DNA from: Bacilli bacterium
GTDB lineage: Bacteria; Bacillota_I; Bacilli_A; RF39; UBA660
NCBI GenBank assembly: GCA_029100965.1
Contig: JAQXQC010000038.1
Location: forward strand, 1 to 47,053
Direction: 5' to 3'
Length of the DNA stretch: 47,053 nucleotides
Within the stretch, counting starts at the first letter, position 1; each line of letters opens with the position of its first letter. A program made the position numbers and the translations under genes. The notes under the pieces are model-generated. The model was not told where the DNA came from and did no database searches. It worked only from the letters and a program-made list of their open reading frames with translations. Positions 36,460-45,879 of the stretch are shown here, in pieces.

Positions 36460-37431
36460 GTGATTTATGTGGAAGATAAGAATGAATTTTTTAGTAATAT
36501 TATTGCTCAAGAAAGATTTTTGCGGTTTAAAGAAACGCTGGAAAAAGAACAGTATGATTTTTCTTTAAAAAATAATTTAATTTTGAAATTTTTACTTGAG
36601 GCAAAAAAAGACTATGAAAGGAATTCTTTTATTTTTTATTACAATTATTTTGATGTTTTGGTATCTTATGATAGAATTATTAAAAATTTTTCAACATTAA
36701 AAAGTAAACTAGAATTAAATGATGCTCTAGATATTTCTATTTTATTTTCTTTTTTATTATGGAATGGGTATTTCTCTTCTGAGAAGAAACTTCATTATTG
36801 TAGTTCAAAAAATTTAAATAAAATTGGTTTTTTAGGTCTTGAGGTAATGGAAGGACAAGGTTGTTGTCTTCATTTTAGTGCTTTGTTAAAAGATTTTTTG
36901 CGTGCTTGTGGATATGATAGTGCAATTTTATTAAATCATTTGGAGAAAGTAGATTATACGCATATTTATTTTCCTAATATTCAAAGAAAAAAAGAAAATA
37001 TTTCTAAGGATAAACCTTTTCTTTCAAAAACTTTTATAAAGTTATGTGTTTATGTCATGGGAGATCATGCTTTTAATTTGATTAATGATTCGGGTAATTT
37101 ATCTATTTATGATGCAACAAATTTATTGTATGTTCCTATTTCTGATTGTACTGATGGTAGGATTGTGGGTAAGTTTGTACATGGAAAGTTGTATCCTAAT
37201 TTTAGTTATATTTTTAATTTAGAGAAAGAAGCTATTCAAACATTAGATTTGTTTCATATTGGAGAAAGGGGCAGTTATTTTGATTGGATAGAATATGAGA
37301 GAAAAAGTGAAGAATTATTAAAGAGATTTGGGAATAATCAAGATTTACTTTTATCTTCTTATCAGGATTCTTGTGATGATATTTCTATTGTTTCTAATGG
37401 AGTAAAAAAATTTAAAAAGTTAGTTCGTTAG
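36460..37431 (+). CDS. Hypothetical protein, possibly with a transglutaminase-like cysteine-peptidase fold
   Basis: GQGCCLHFSALLKDFLRACGYDSAIL ... GDHAFNLI ... IYDATN resembles the Cys/His/Asp layout of transglutaminase-core proteins. Confidence 0.5.
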   Translation: MIYVEDKNEFFSNIIAQERFLRFKETLEKEQYDFSLKNNLILKFLLEAKKDYERNSFIFYYNYFDVLVSYDRIIKNFSTLKSKLELNDALDISILFSFLLWNGYFSSEKKLHYCSSKNLNKIGFLGLEVMEGQGCCLHFSALLKDFLRACGYDSAILLNHLEKVDYTHIYFPNIQRKKENISKDKPFLSKTFIKLCVYVMGDHAFNLINDSGNLSIYDATNLLYVPISDCTDGRIVGKFVHGKLYPNFSYIFNLEKEAIQTLDLFHIGERGSYFDWIEYERKSEELLKRFGNNQDLLLSSYQDSCDDISIVSNGVKKFKKLVR

Positions 37432-37527
37432 TATTTAGTAAAGAGATGCTTACTTGTCAAAGTGTCTTTTTTTTGGTATACTTATTAAGTCTTTGAACTT
37501 GTTAATATACAGAAAGGAGAGATTATT

Positions 37528-39174
37528 TTGAGTAAAATTAAGATATTTAGTTTAGGTGGATTAAATGAAATTGGAAAAAATATGTATGTTATAGAAATTG
37601 ATAAAGATATTTTGGTTATTGATGCAGGATTAAAGTATGCTGATGATCAAATGCTTGGTATTGATTATGTTATTCCTAATATTGAATATTTAAAAGAAAA
37701 TAAGAAGAGAATAAAGGGGATTTTTTTAACGCATGGTCATTTTGAGAATGATGGAGCTATTCAGGATATTGCTGAATCTTTAAGTGGAATTCCTATTTAT
37801 GGATCTAAATTTACGATTGCTTTATTGAAAAAAGAGTTAGAGATGAAGAAGGTATCTACGAAGAATCTGGTGGAAATTCCTGCATATAAGACTTTGAATG
37901 TTGGGCATGTTAAGGTTTTTCCTGTTGGGTTATCTCATTCTATTCCTGATAATTTAGGGTATGCTATTTATACAAAAGATGGAGTAATTTTTTATGCTTC
38001 TGATTTTGTTTTTGATGCGATGATGAGAGGGCATTATCAAACAGATATGGGAAAACTTGCTTATATTGGGAAACAAGGTGTACTTTGTTTAATGGCAGAG
38101 TCTGTTTATGCGAATAAGGTTGGTCATACTTCTCCTAATCATCGTATTTCTAGTTTGATTCGTGAGACTTTGAGTAAAGCTGAAGGAAGAATTATTTTTA
38201 ATGTATTAAGTTCACATTTGTATCGGATACAAGAATTGTTTAATGAAGTATCAAAGACAGATCGTAAGATTATTATTATGGGAAAGAAGTTACAAAGTAT
38301 TGTTGAATATGCAACACAAAATAATTATTTATTTGTTGATTCTAAGTGTATTGGAGATTTATCAAATATCAATGATCCTGATGTTGTAATTATTAATTCT
38401 AATGATCGTGAAAGGCCATATTCTACTATTTATAAAATTGTTAATGGGTATGATAAATTTGTAAAATTAAAACCTAGGGATACAGTATTTTTAGCAACTC
38501 CTATTTATGAAGGAAGGGAAAAGACTTTTTACAAGTTATTAGATGATATTTCTAGATTAGATGTTGAAGTGGTGACTCTTTCTAAAGAGAATTTATCTCA
38601 TCATGCTTCTTCTGAAGATTTAATGATGATGATGGATTTGATGAAACCAAAATATTATTTTCCTATAAAAGGGGAATATCGTCATCAAGTAGCTAATGCT
38701 AATTTAGCTATGCAAGTTGGTATTCCTGCTAATCATATTATCTTAAAAGAAAATGGTTTTGTTGCTAGTTTTGTGAATGGAAAGTTAAATGAAAATGATT
38801 TTTCTAAGATTCCATGTGGGGATATCTCTATTGATGGTGATTCTAGTGATGATATTGGAGAGGTTGTTTTAAGAGATAGAGAAATGTTATCGGATAATGG
38901 AATTATTGTTATTTCTGCTACTTTATCAAAGAAGACAAAGAAGATTATTGCTGGTCCAGAAATTTTAACTAGAGGTTTTGTATATGTTAAAGATAGTACT
39001 GAGTTAATTGAACAAATTAAAGAGATTTGTACTAAGGTAATTGTAGAAAATGTTCATGATAATTATGTTGATTATGGTAAGATTAAGAGTGGTATTCGTG
39101 AGAATTTGAGTAAGTATTTAAATGGTCAAACTGGAAATAAGCCTATGATTATTAGTGTACTTCAAGAAATATGA
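37528..39174 (+). CDS. rnj: Ribonuclease J family protein (paralog with a degenerate metal-binding motif)
   Basis: KIFSLGGLNEIGKNMYVIEID...VIDAGL...GIDYVIPNIEYL; beta-CASP and C-terminal domains. Motif II reads HGHFEND rather than HGHEDH. Confidence 0.85.
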   Translation: MSKIKIFSLGGLNEIGKNMYVIEIDKDILVIDAGLKYADDQMLGIDYVIPNIEYLKENKKRIKGIFLTHGHFENDGAIQDIAESLSGIPIYGSKFTIALLKKELEMKKVSTKNLVEIPAYKTLNVGHVKVFPVGLSHSIPDNLGYAIYTKDGVIFYASDFVFDAMMRGHYQTDMGKLAYIGKQGVLCLMAESVYANKVGHTSPNHRISSLIRETLSKAEGRIIFNVLSSHLYRIQELFNEVSKTDRKIIIMGKKLQSIVEYATQNNYLFVDSKCIGDLSNINDPDVVIINSNDRERPYSTIYKIVNGYDKFVKLKPRDTVFLATPIYEGREKTFYKLLDDISRLDVEVVTLSKENLSHHASSEDLMMMMDLMKPKYYFPIKGEYRHQVANANLAMQVGIPANHIILKENGFVASFVNGKLNENDFSKIPCGDISIDGDSSDDIGEVVLRDREMLSDNGIIVISATLSKKTKKIIAGPEILTRGFVYVKDSTELIEQIKEICTKVIVENVHDNYVDYGKIKSGIRENLSKYLNGQTGNKPMIISVLQEI

Positions 39175-39187
39175 TATTGATTTTTAG

Positions 39188-39220
39188 AAAAATACTGATA
39201 AAGAGTGTTTTTCTTTTTTC
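39188..39220 (+). terminator. Rho-independent terminator
   Basis: AAAAATACT-GATAAAG-AGTGTTTTT followed by CTTTTTT. Confidence 0.65.
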
Positions 39221-39256
39221 TTTTGCATGCTATAATGATAATAGGAGAGTGATAAA

Positions 39257-40138
39257 GTGGAGTATAGGAAATCGTATCCAACGGATGCTTATTTATTGGT
39301 TCAGTTAAGGAATGAAGTATGGAAAAATACTTATTATGATATTTTACCTAATGGAATTTTACAATATATGAAGGAAAATAAAGAAGAGATGGTAAGTCAT
39401 CTAAGAGATCAGATTATGGAGAATAATCGGATTATTGTTGCGTTAGAAGATAATAAAATAGTAGGGTATATCTTTTATGCAAAATCTCAAATTGATTTAT
39501 ATGATACGGCTGCTGAGATTAGAGAAATTATAGTATTACCGCATTATCAAAGAAAGGGAATTGGAAGAAAGTTATATCAGTTGGCGAAAAAAGAATTGAA
39601 GAAACTAGGATATCATACTTTGATTGTTAGCTATCCTTCTGTTGGTAAGGATAAAGAGTTTTTTCAATGTTTAGGGGGAGAGATGAAGGAGAAGTTTTCT
39701 CGTGATATTTTAGGATATCCTATTTCTTGTGACCTTTTTTCTTTTCAGTTAGATGATACTATAGAAAATACTTCTTCAGATTGGCAAGTTTTATATCAAG
39801 AAGTTCAGAAAAAAATAGGACTTTTAAATGATATAAATAAAGAAATAGCAGCGGTGATGAGTTCTCAGGGAAATATTTATTTTGGACTAGGGATAAAAAA
39901 TAAAGTTTGTCCATTAGAAGGTGCTTTATCTAATTTATATTTAAGTGGAGAAAAAGAGATTAGTAAAATTATGATTATGAATAAAAATAGTAAGGTTGTT
40001 TTGCCTTGTGGAAAATGTAGAGATTTATTCATTTACTTAGGTTATGGTAAGGCTGAGATTTTATTTGATATGGGTTCTTTGAAGGTTATTTCTTTAAAAG
40101 ATTTAAATCCTTATTATAAAGCTGAAGAAAAAGTATAA
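39257..40138 (+). CDS. GNAT acetyltransferase fused to a cytidine-deaminase-like C-terminal domain
   Basis: GNAT motif A at VLPHYQRKGIGRKLYQLA. The C-terminal half has LPCGKCRDLF (a CDA-type PCGxCR motif). Confidence 0.7.
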   Translation: MEYRKSYPTDAYLLVQLRNEVWKNTYYDILPNGILQYMKENKEEMVSHLRDQIMENNRIIVALEDNKIVGYIFYAKSQIDLYDTAAEIREIIVLPHYQRKGIGRKLYQLAKKELKKLGYHTLIVSYPSVGKDKEFFQCLGGEMKEKFSRDILGYPISCDLFSFQLDDTIENTSSDWQVLYQEVQKKIGLLNDINKEIAAVMSSQGNIYFGLGIKNKVCPLEGALSNLYLSGEKEISKIMIMNKNSKVVLPCGKCRDLFIYLGYGKAEILFDMGSLKVISLKDLNPYYKAEEKV

Positions 40139-40164
40139 GAGATTTGGTTCTTATACTTTTATTT
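40133..40164. terminator. Bidirectional terminator between convergent genes
   Basis: GTATAAGAG-ATTTGG-TTCTTATAC followed by TTTTATTT. Confidence 0.55.
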
Positions 40165-41025
40165 ATATAATTCTTTTTTTAATTCGTTGATATTATTGGT
40201 CATGATAGTAATGTAGTTTTCGTTGCTATTGGTAATGTTTCCATCAGTAGAGTGCATAGTATTTATTGTGATTTGTTCTAAGTTATTATCTTTAATTAGT
40301 TTTGTTACTGTATCATTCGTTTTTGATGTTGCAGAGTATATATATTTAATTTGTTTTTCGTTGATTAGATTTTTTACTTCTTCGATTTTGTTGGTACTTA
40401 GGTCTTTGTTTTCTTCTAGTGAAATGACTTTTAATCCATATTTTTCTAGAAATTTAAAAATATCACTATCAGTTACAATAATTTTATATTTTGCGTTGGT
40501 TATGGCTTCTGTTAGATTGGCATCTAATTTAGATATTTCATATTCTAAGTCTTTATATTTGTCGTTTATTTCTTCTACTAAATATGGGTTAGTAATATAT
40601 TCAGCAAGTCCATTTTTTAGATTTTCTGCCATCATTAAATAGTTATTGGGACTTAGCCATAATTCTTCGATTGAATTGTTATACTTCATTCCTGTTGCCA
40701 CATCAATTACTTTTAACTTAGAATTTAGGTTAATCATTTTAACTGCATAATCTCTATCTTTATCTAAACTATTAAAGACAAATAAGTCACTTTTGCTGTA
40801 TTCTTCTAATTTTCTAGTGGATAATTCATATTTATCTACGTCTACTCCTGTTGGATAGACACTATATACTTTAGCATGATCTTCGTATAGTTTATTAATA
40901 ATAAAATTAATAGGGTATGTTGTAGTATAAATATTGATATTATCCATTTTTGTTTCAGTTTTTTCACAGCCACTTAGTAGTCCTATACTAAAAAATATAA
41001 TTAGTAAATATATTATTTTCTTCAT
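40159..41025 (-). CDS. TroA/ZnuA-like ABC substrate-binding lipoprotein (orphan)
   Basis: Lipobox LLSGC; overall layout NIYTTTYPI...SDLFVFNSL...IKYIYS resembles cluster-9 metal-binding SBPs. Confidence 0.65.
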   Translation of the reverse strand: MKKIIYLLIIFFSIGLLSGCEKTETKMDNINIYTTTYPINFIINKLYEDHAKVYSVYPTGVDVDKYELSTRKLEEYSKSDLFVFNSLDKDRDYAVKMINLNSKLKVIDVATGMKYNNSIEELWLSPNNYLMMAENLKNGLAEYITNPYLVEEINDKYKDLEYEISKLDANLTEAITNAKYKIIVTDSDIFKFLEKYGLKVISLEENKDLSTNKIEEVKNLINEKQIKYIYSATSKTNDTVTKLIKDNNLEQITINTMHSTDGNITNSNENYITIMTNNINELKKELYK

Positions 41026-41139
41026 TTCTATTCTCCTATCTAATATAATATATTTTACAGTATTTTAAACTTTTTGTAAACAGATACAAAATAAAAGACT
41101 AAAAAATTAAAATTATGCTATAATAAAATAGTTAGGAAA

Positions 41140-41793
41140 ATGGGTGATAGAATGGAAATTTTAGATAGACTAAATCTTCATACAAATGAAGATTTATATA
41201 GAAAAGCATTTACTCATACTTCGTATAGTAATGAACATGATGTAGAGAGTTACGAGAGATTGGAGTTTTTAGGGGATGCTGTTTTAGAACTTACGATTAG
41301 TGATTATTTATATAATGAGAAACATTTGGAAGAAGGAACAATGACTAAGATGAGGGCTTCTTATGTATGTGAGGAGGCATGTGCTACTTATTCCAGAGAA
41401 CTTGGATTTGAAAAGGAGATTTTGTTAGGTAGTGGAGAGAGTGAAGCAAATACAACGATACTTGCTGATGTTTTTGAGTCTTTTATTGGGGCAATGTATA
41501 TTGATCAGGGATTTTCTTATACAAGTAAGTTTGTGATGAATATTATTATTAAATATATTGAAAAGAAAGTTGATTTTTTACATGATTATAAATCAGAATT
41601 ACAAGAGTTAGTTCAGACTGTTCGTAAAAGTGTAAGTTATGAAATTGTTGATGAAAAAGGACCTGCTCATCATAAGACTTTTGTTTGCCAAGTTTTAGTA
41701 GATAATATTGTGATGGGGACGGGAAGTGGTAGTAGTAAGAAGGCTGCTGAACAGGCTGCTGCAAAGATAGCTTTGGAAAAACAAGTGAAGTAA
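41140..41793 (+). CDS. rnc: Ribonuclease III
   Basis: ERLEFLGDAVLEL signature; C-terminal dsRBD with KKAAEQAAAKIAL. Alternative ATG at 41152. Confidence 0.95.
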   Translation: MGDRMEILDRLNLHTNEDLYRKAFTHTSYSNEHDVESYERLEFLGDAVLELTISDYLYNEKHLEEGTMTKMRASYVCEEACATYSRELGFEKEILLGSGESEANTTILADVFESFIGAMYIDQGFSYTSKFVMNIIIKYIEKKVDFLHDYKSELQELVQTVRKSVSYEIVDEKGPAHHKTFVCQVLVDNIVMGTGSGSSKKAAEQAAAKIALEKQVK

Positions 41794-41806
41794 GTAGGAA
41801 AGAAAA

Positions 41807-42361
41807 ATGAAGTATTTTAGTTATTTACAATATAATTCTTTAGTGATTTTGTCCTATTTTTTTCTTTCTTTATTTGTGTTATTATTGGGATATATATCAA
41901 AAGGAAAAAGTACTTACTTTTTTTCTTCTGGGAGAGGTAAGGCTTTTTCTTTCGTTACTTATGTGAGGATGTTTACTCATGTTTTAGGGCATGCAGATTG
42001 GAATCATTTTCGAAATAATTTCATTTATATTTTGTTAGTTGGTCCAATGATTGAAGAGAAATATGGGAGTCTTCCTTTACTGAAAATGATTTTAATTACG
42101 GCATTTATTACAGCATTAATTAATATTATTTTTAGTAAGAAAGATATTTTAGGAGCTAGTGGTATTGCATTTATGTTGATATTACTAAGTTCTTTGGTGA
42201 ATATTCAAAGTGGGAAGATTCCTCTTACCTTTATTCTTATCTTTTTCTTTTATGTCATTAGTGAAGTAATTGATGGACTTTTTAAGAAGGATAATATTTC
42301 TCATTTGTCTCATTTAATTGGTGCTGTTTGTGGTTTTATTTATGGTTATTATTTATTTTAA
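41807..42361 (+). CDS. Rhomboid-family intramembrane serine protease
   Basis: HADWNHFRNN, GASGIAF (catalytic Ser), HLSHLIGAVCG (catalytic His). Confidence 0.8.
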   Translation: MKYFSYLQYNSLVILSYFFLSLFVLLLGYISKGKSTYFFSSGRGKAFSFVTYVRMFTHVLGHADWNHFRNNFIYILLVGPMIEEKYGSLPLLKMILITAFITALINIIFSKKDILGASGIAFMLILLSSLVNIQSGKIPLTFILIFFFYVISEVIDGLFKKDNISHLSHLIGAVCGFIYGYYLF

Positions 42362-42373
42362 GGGGGTGAAATA

Positions 42374-42586
42374 ATGAAGAGATTAGAACGTTTAAAATCA
42401 AAGATACTTTTGTCTAAAATGAAAACTCTTCTTATTGAAGAGAGAAGAAGAGGCTATTACCGAGATGAGATGAATGTAAAAGAATTTATTCCTTTAGAGG
42501 AAAATAAAAAGTTAGTGGTATATGAAAATGGGATGATTGATTTTGTTCAGTATCATTCCAAGAAATTAATAAAAGAAAGAAGATGA
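42374..42586 (+). CDS. Hypothetical small basic protein (70 aa)
   Basis: GGGGGTG RBS upstream; no motif recognised. Confidence 0.45.
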   Translation: MKRLERLKSKILLSKMKTLLIEERRRGYYRDEMNVKEFIPLEENKKLVVYENGMIDFVQYHSKKLIKERR

Positions 42587-42603
42587 ATTTTCTTCTTTCT
42601 TTT
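42571..42603. terminator. Bidirectional terminator
   Basis: AAAGAAAGAAGA / TCTTCTTTCTTT perfect 12-bp stem, with the stop codon of the + strand gene in the loop. Confidence 0.65.
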
Positions 42604-43738
42604 AGTTGGTATATCTTAGACTTTCATTTGAAACATTAAAAATCATTCCTACTAATAACATATAGGATAGAAGGGAAGAACCACCATAGCTGATAAACGG
42701 TAAAGTAATTCCCATGATAGGAAGTAATCCTATGGTCATAGAAATATTTTGTACTTGTTGGAATAAGAGTACAGCAATGACTCCTCCGATTGCATATTTA
42801 TCCATAAAATCGTTTGCTTTAAAGGTTGTATGAATTAAGTTCATATCAAAGAATATGATTAATAAAATTAATAAACTTGCGCCTAATAATCCAAAGTTTG
42901 ATGCTATGACGGAAAAAATAAAGTCGGTTTGCATTTCTGGAAAATAAATAGGAGTATGATTAAAACCATGACCAAATATTCCAGCTGAACCAATAGCAAT
43001 TAAAGAATTTTTTAATTGCATTCCGCTGCTAGCGGACCAATTGGTAATTCTATCTATTCGGTAAAATAGTCCTGTACCAAAAATTTTGATAAATAAATCT
43101 TGATTACTAATATAGATTAATGTTCCTGTACCGAGTATGGCTCCTACTAATAGGATAGCAATGATAAACCATCTTTTTCTGATTCCTCCAATAAATAACA
43201 TGGTTGCTGTAATAATTAAATAAATCATTACAGCTCCTGTATCAGGTTCGATAAATGTTAATGCAGAAGGGATGGCTACTAGGATTAAAATTTTTATTAG
43301 GAATTTGAACTCTTCTTGAATAGTTGGCTCAATATATTTTTCATTAAATTCATGAATTAATCTTGCTAGGATAATAATTAAGAATACTTTCATAAATTCA
43401 CTTGGTTGAATCGTTCCTATATAAGGAATTTTGAACCAACAAGTGGCATTTTTTCTGGTTACTCCAAAGAATAAAACTAATATTAAGGAGAGTACACCGA
43501 AAGAGTAAAACCACCAAGCATTATTATATAAAAATTTATTTCCTAGAAACATCATAAAATAGGCAAGGGAAAAACCAATAACATACCATATTCCTTGTTT
43601 TAGCCAATAGTCTTGAAATTCACTTCCTAGAGCACTCTTGGTACAATAGATAGAAATAATACTAATAATACCAAATAAAATAAGAGGAATAATCACTCCA
43701 TTTTCTACTTTAAATTTTGAAATATTTTTTATGATCAT
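42602..43738 (-). CDS. SEDS-family peptidoglycan glycosyltransferase (FtsW/RodA/SpoVE)
   Basis: PSEFMKVFLIIILA, EPDTGAVMIY, TDFIFSVIA, GITLPFISYGGSS. Confidence 0.9.
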   Translation of the reverse strand: MIIKNISKFKVENGVIIPLILFGIISIISIYCTKSALGSEFQDYWLKQGIWYVIGFSLAYFMMFLGNKFLYNNAWWFYSFGVLSLILVLFFGVTRKNATCWFKIPYIGTIQPSEFMKVFLIIILARLIHEFNEKYIEPTIQEEFKFLIKILILVAIPSALTFIEPDTGAVMIYLIITATMLFIGGIRKRWFIIAILLVGAILGTGTLIYISNQDLFIKIFGTGLFYRIDRITNWSASSGMQLKNSLIAIGSAGIFGHGFNHTPIYFPEMQTDFIFSVIASNFGLLGASLLILLIIFFDMNLIHTTFKANDFMDKYAIGGVIAVLLFQQVQNISMTIGLLPIMGITLPFISYGGSSLLSYMLLVGMIFNVSNESLRYTN

Positions 43739-43872
43739 CACCACATTTCTAGAAATATTTTAACACATATTAAAAAGTTTTGAAACTATTTATTGAAAGA
43801 TTAAAAAAATTATGATAAAATTTTATTAGAATAGTGCTTGATAATAGATAAGAGAATAATTTTTGAGGCTAG

Positions 43873-45747
43873 GTGATTGTATTGGGTAATTTTATTGAAA
43901 AATTTTATCAGTTTGTAGATAAGATTGGGAAACAAAATTTTATTTTAATTGTTTTTATTTTATTTGTTATTTTATTAACGGGGTTATATCAAACATTTTC
44001 TCTATTTACTTCTAGTGAGGGAATGGATATTGTTGATGGGGTAAAGACTTATCATTTTATTTTAAATAATGATATTAATGAGAATACAATTACTATTCCT
44101 GCTAATAGTAGTAGAAATATTCAAGTAACAATATCTAATCCTGGGGATGTGAGTTTAAAATATGGGTTATATTATAGTTCTTCTAGTGATTTAACTTTAG
44201 TTTCTTTAGGATATTTAATTTATAGTACTTATTTACCTACAGGATTAATTTCTTCTAAAGATAGTTGTGAGGTATCTTTAAAAATTAATAATCGATCTGA
44301 TAATGATATTTCTGTTAAACTTGGGGTTGCTTATGGATTAGAAAATGGGGGAGATTTATTATTAGATACAAATAGTCATTGGTTTAGTTTATATTATAGT
44401 CCTTTAAGTGATATGCCAGTTGGTAGTTATGTTAAGTATGTTGGAAATAATGGATGTTCTGGAAAGGCTTGTGAAGGACAGAATGCTAACTATGTAAGTG
44501 AAGATAATATGGGGTATTGTAATTATTCTGAACAAAAGTTTAAAACAAAAGGTTGGAGAATTGCTTATGTAGAGGATGGTTCAGCTTATTTAATTAGTGC
44601 AGGTTCTCCTGAATGTATGTGTACTGGTAGTGATGGGACAATTGGAAGTTGTAGTAGTGCAGAAACAACAACTGGGTTACCTAAACATATGGATAATTTA
44701 AATAAGACCGCTTTAAAATATTGTAATAGTACTTATGCTTATGGGGGAGAATGTAATAGAAGTAATACTTGGAATATGAATGATAATGATTTTAAGAAAT
44801 TAACTGGTTATGCTTTAAATGATAATTTAAATAAAAGTGGTTATTATTCTTCTAATGATTTAATTAATAATGGTAGTGCTTATTGGTTTACTGCTCCTAA
44901 TGGGACAGAACTTGCTTATGGATGGAGACCAACTAATCTTGATGTAGATATTTATCATTCTACTTATGCACTTGGAGTTAGACCAATTACTAAGTTAAAA
45001 TCTTCTATTGTAGTTACTGGAGGAAGTGGAACTTATGCTGATCCATATACTATTGAAAATAAAGTATTAACACCATTTAAATTATCAGAAGCAGATCCTG
45101 GTTCTTATGTAAAATATACTGGTAATAATGGATGTTCTGGAACAGCTTGTGAGGGACAGAATGCGAATTATGTAAGTGATTCAGATATGGGATATTGCTA
45201 TGATTCTAATTATAAATTTAATGCAAATGGTTGGAGAGTAGCTTATAGTAAGGATGGTACAGCATATATAACGAGTGCTGGTGCACCCGAATGTATGTGT
45301 ACTAATTCAAGTGGAGTTGCAGGGACATCTTGTTCTGACTATGAAACGACTGCTGGAGTCCCTAAACATCTTGCTAATTTAAATGCAAAAGCTTTAACTT
45401 ATTGTAATTCTTCGTATGCTTACGGAGAAAAATGTGATAGTAATAGTGCGTGGAATATGAATGATACTGATTTTCAAAATCTTACAGGCGATACACTTAA
45501 GCTTGCTTATGGCAAAGATTTTGGTTTTTACGATGATTTTTCTCTTATTAATAATAATGGATACTATTGGTTTGTTACATATAGTATTTCGTCGACGATT
45601 ACGTTCAACTGGGATCCGTCTTATCGGAGTGTGGACTACTACAACTCGCACGTTGCGATTGGTGTTCGCCCCGTCCTACGTCTTAGGTCTTCAGTCAAAG
45701 TTGTTAGTGGATTAGGTACTTATGCAGACCCTTATGTGATTGAATAG
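43873..45747 (+). CDS. Membrane-anchored, Cys-rich extracellular protein with an internally duplicated domain of about 220 aa
   Basis: N-terminal TM helix. Two copies of GSYVKY.GNNGCSG.ACEGQNANYVS...GW R.AY..DG.AY..SAG.PECMCT...GVRP...L.SS..V..G.GTYADPY.IE. Confidence 0.75.
   Translation: MIVLGNFIEKFYQFVDKIGKQNFILIVFILFVILLTGLYQTFSLFTSSEGMDIVDGVKTYHFILNNDINENTITIPANSSRNIQVTISNPGDVSLKYGLYYSSSSDLTLVSLGYLIYSTYLPTGLISSKDSCEVSLKINNRSDNDISVKLGVAYGLENGGDLLLDTNSHWFSLYYSPLSDMPVGSYVKYVGNNGCSGKACEGQNANYVSEDNMGYCNYSEQKFKTKGWRIAYVEDGSAYLISAGSPECMCTGSDGTIGSCSSAETTTGLPKHMDNLNKTALKYCNSTYAYGGECNRSNTWNMNDNDFKKLTGYALNDNLNKSGYYSSNDLINNGSAYWFTAPNGTELAYGWRPTNLDVDIYHSTYALGVRPITKLKSSIVVTGGSGTYADPYTIENKVLTPFKLSEADPGSYVKYTGNNGCSGTACEGQNANYVSDSDMGYCYDSNYKFNANGWRVAYSKDGTAYITSAGAPECMCTNSSGVAGTSCSDYETTAGVPKHLANLNAKALTYCNSSYAYGEKCDSNSAWNMNDTDFQNLTGDTLKLAYGKDFGFYDDFSLINNNGYYWFVTYSISSTITFNWDPSYRSVDYYNSHVAIGVRPVLRLRSSVKVVSGLGTYADPYVIE
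44401..45744 (+). repeat. Tandem intragenic duplication (repeat 1 at about 44401-45060, repeat 2 at about 45082-45744)
   Basis: The two halves align over their full length with many conserved Cys residues, roughly half identical by eye. Confidence 0.8.
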
Positions 45748-45766
45748 ATGATTATTAATAAAATTA

Positions 45767-45807
45767 TTCCTCAAGTGTTTTTTTAGAAAATACTTGAGGA
45801 GTTTTTC
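45767..45807 (+). terminator. Rho-independent terminator
   Basis: TTCCTCAAGTG ... TACTTGAGGAG stem followed by TTTTT. Confidence 0.7.
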
Positions 45808-45879
45808 AAGATAAAGTATAGATAAGTATTTTAATTTAAAAAAAATCATTATATAATATAATAGAGATGAGGGAATAAT

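Noticed and set aside
45394-45715. A diversity-generating retroelement variable region as the explanation for the GC-rich patch, and the two off-frame ORFs there
   Set aside because: There is no reverse transcriptase or template repeat in the window. The flanking genes are housekeeping. The off-frame ORFs are side effects of stop-codon depletion. This cannot be excluded genome-wide.
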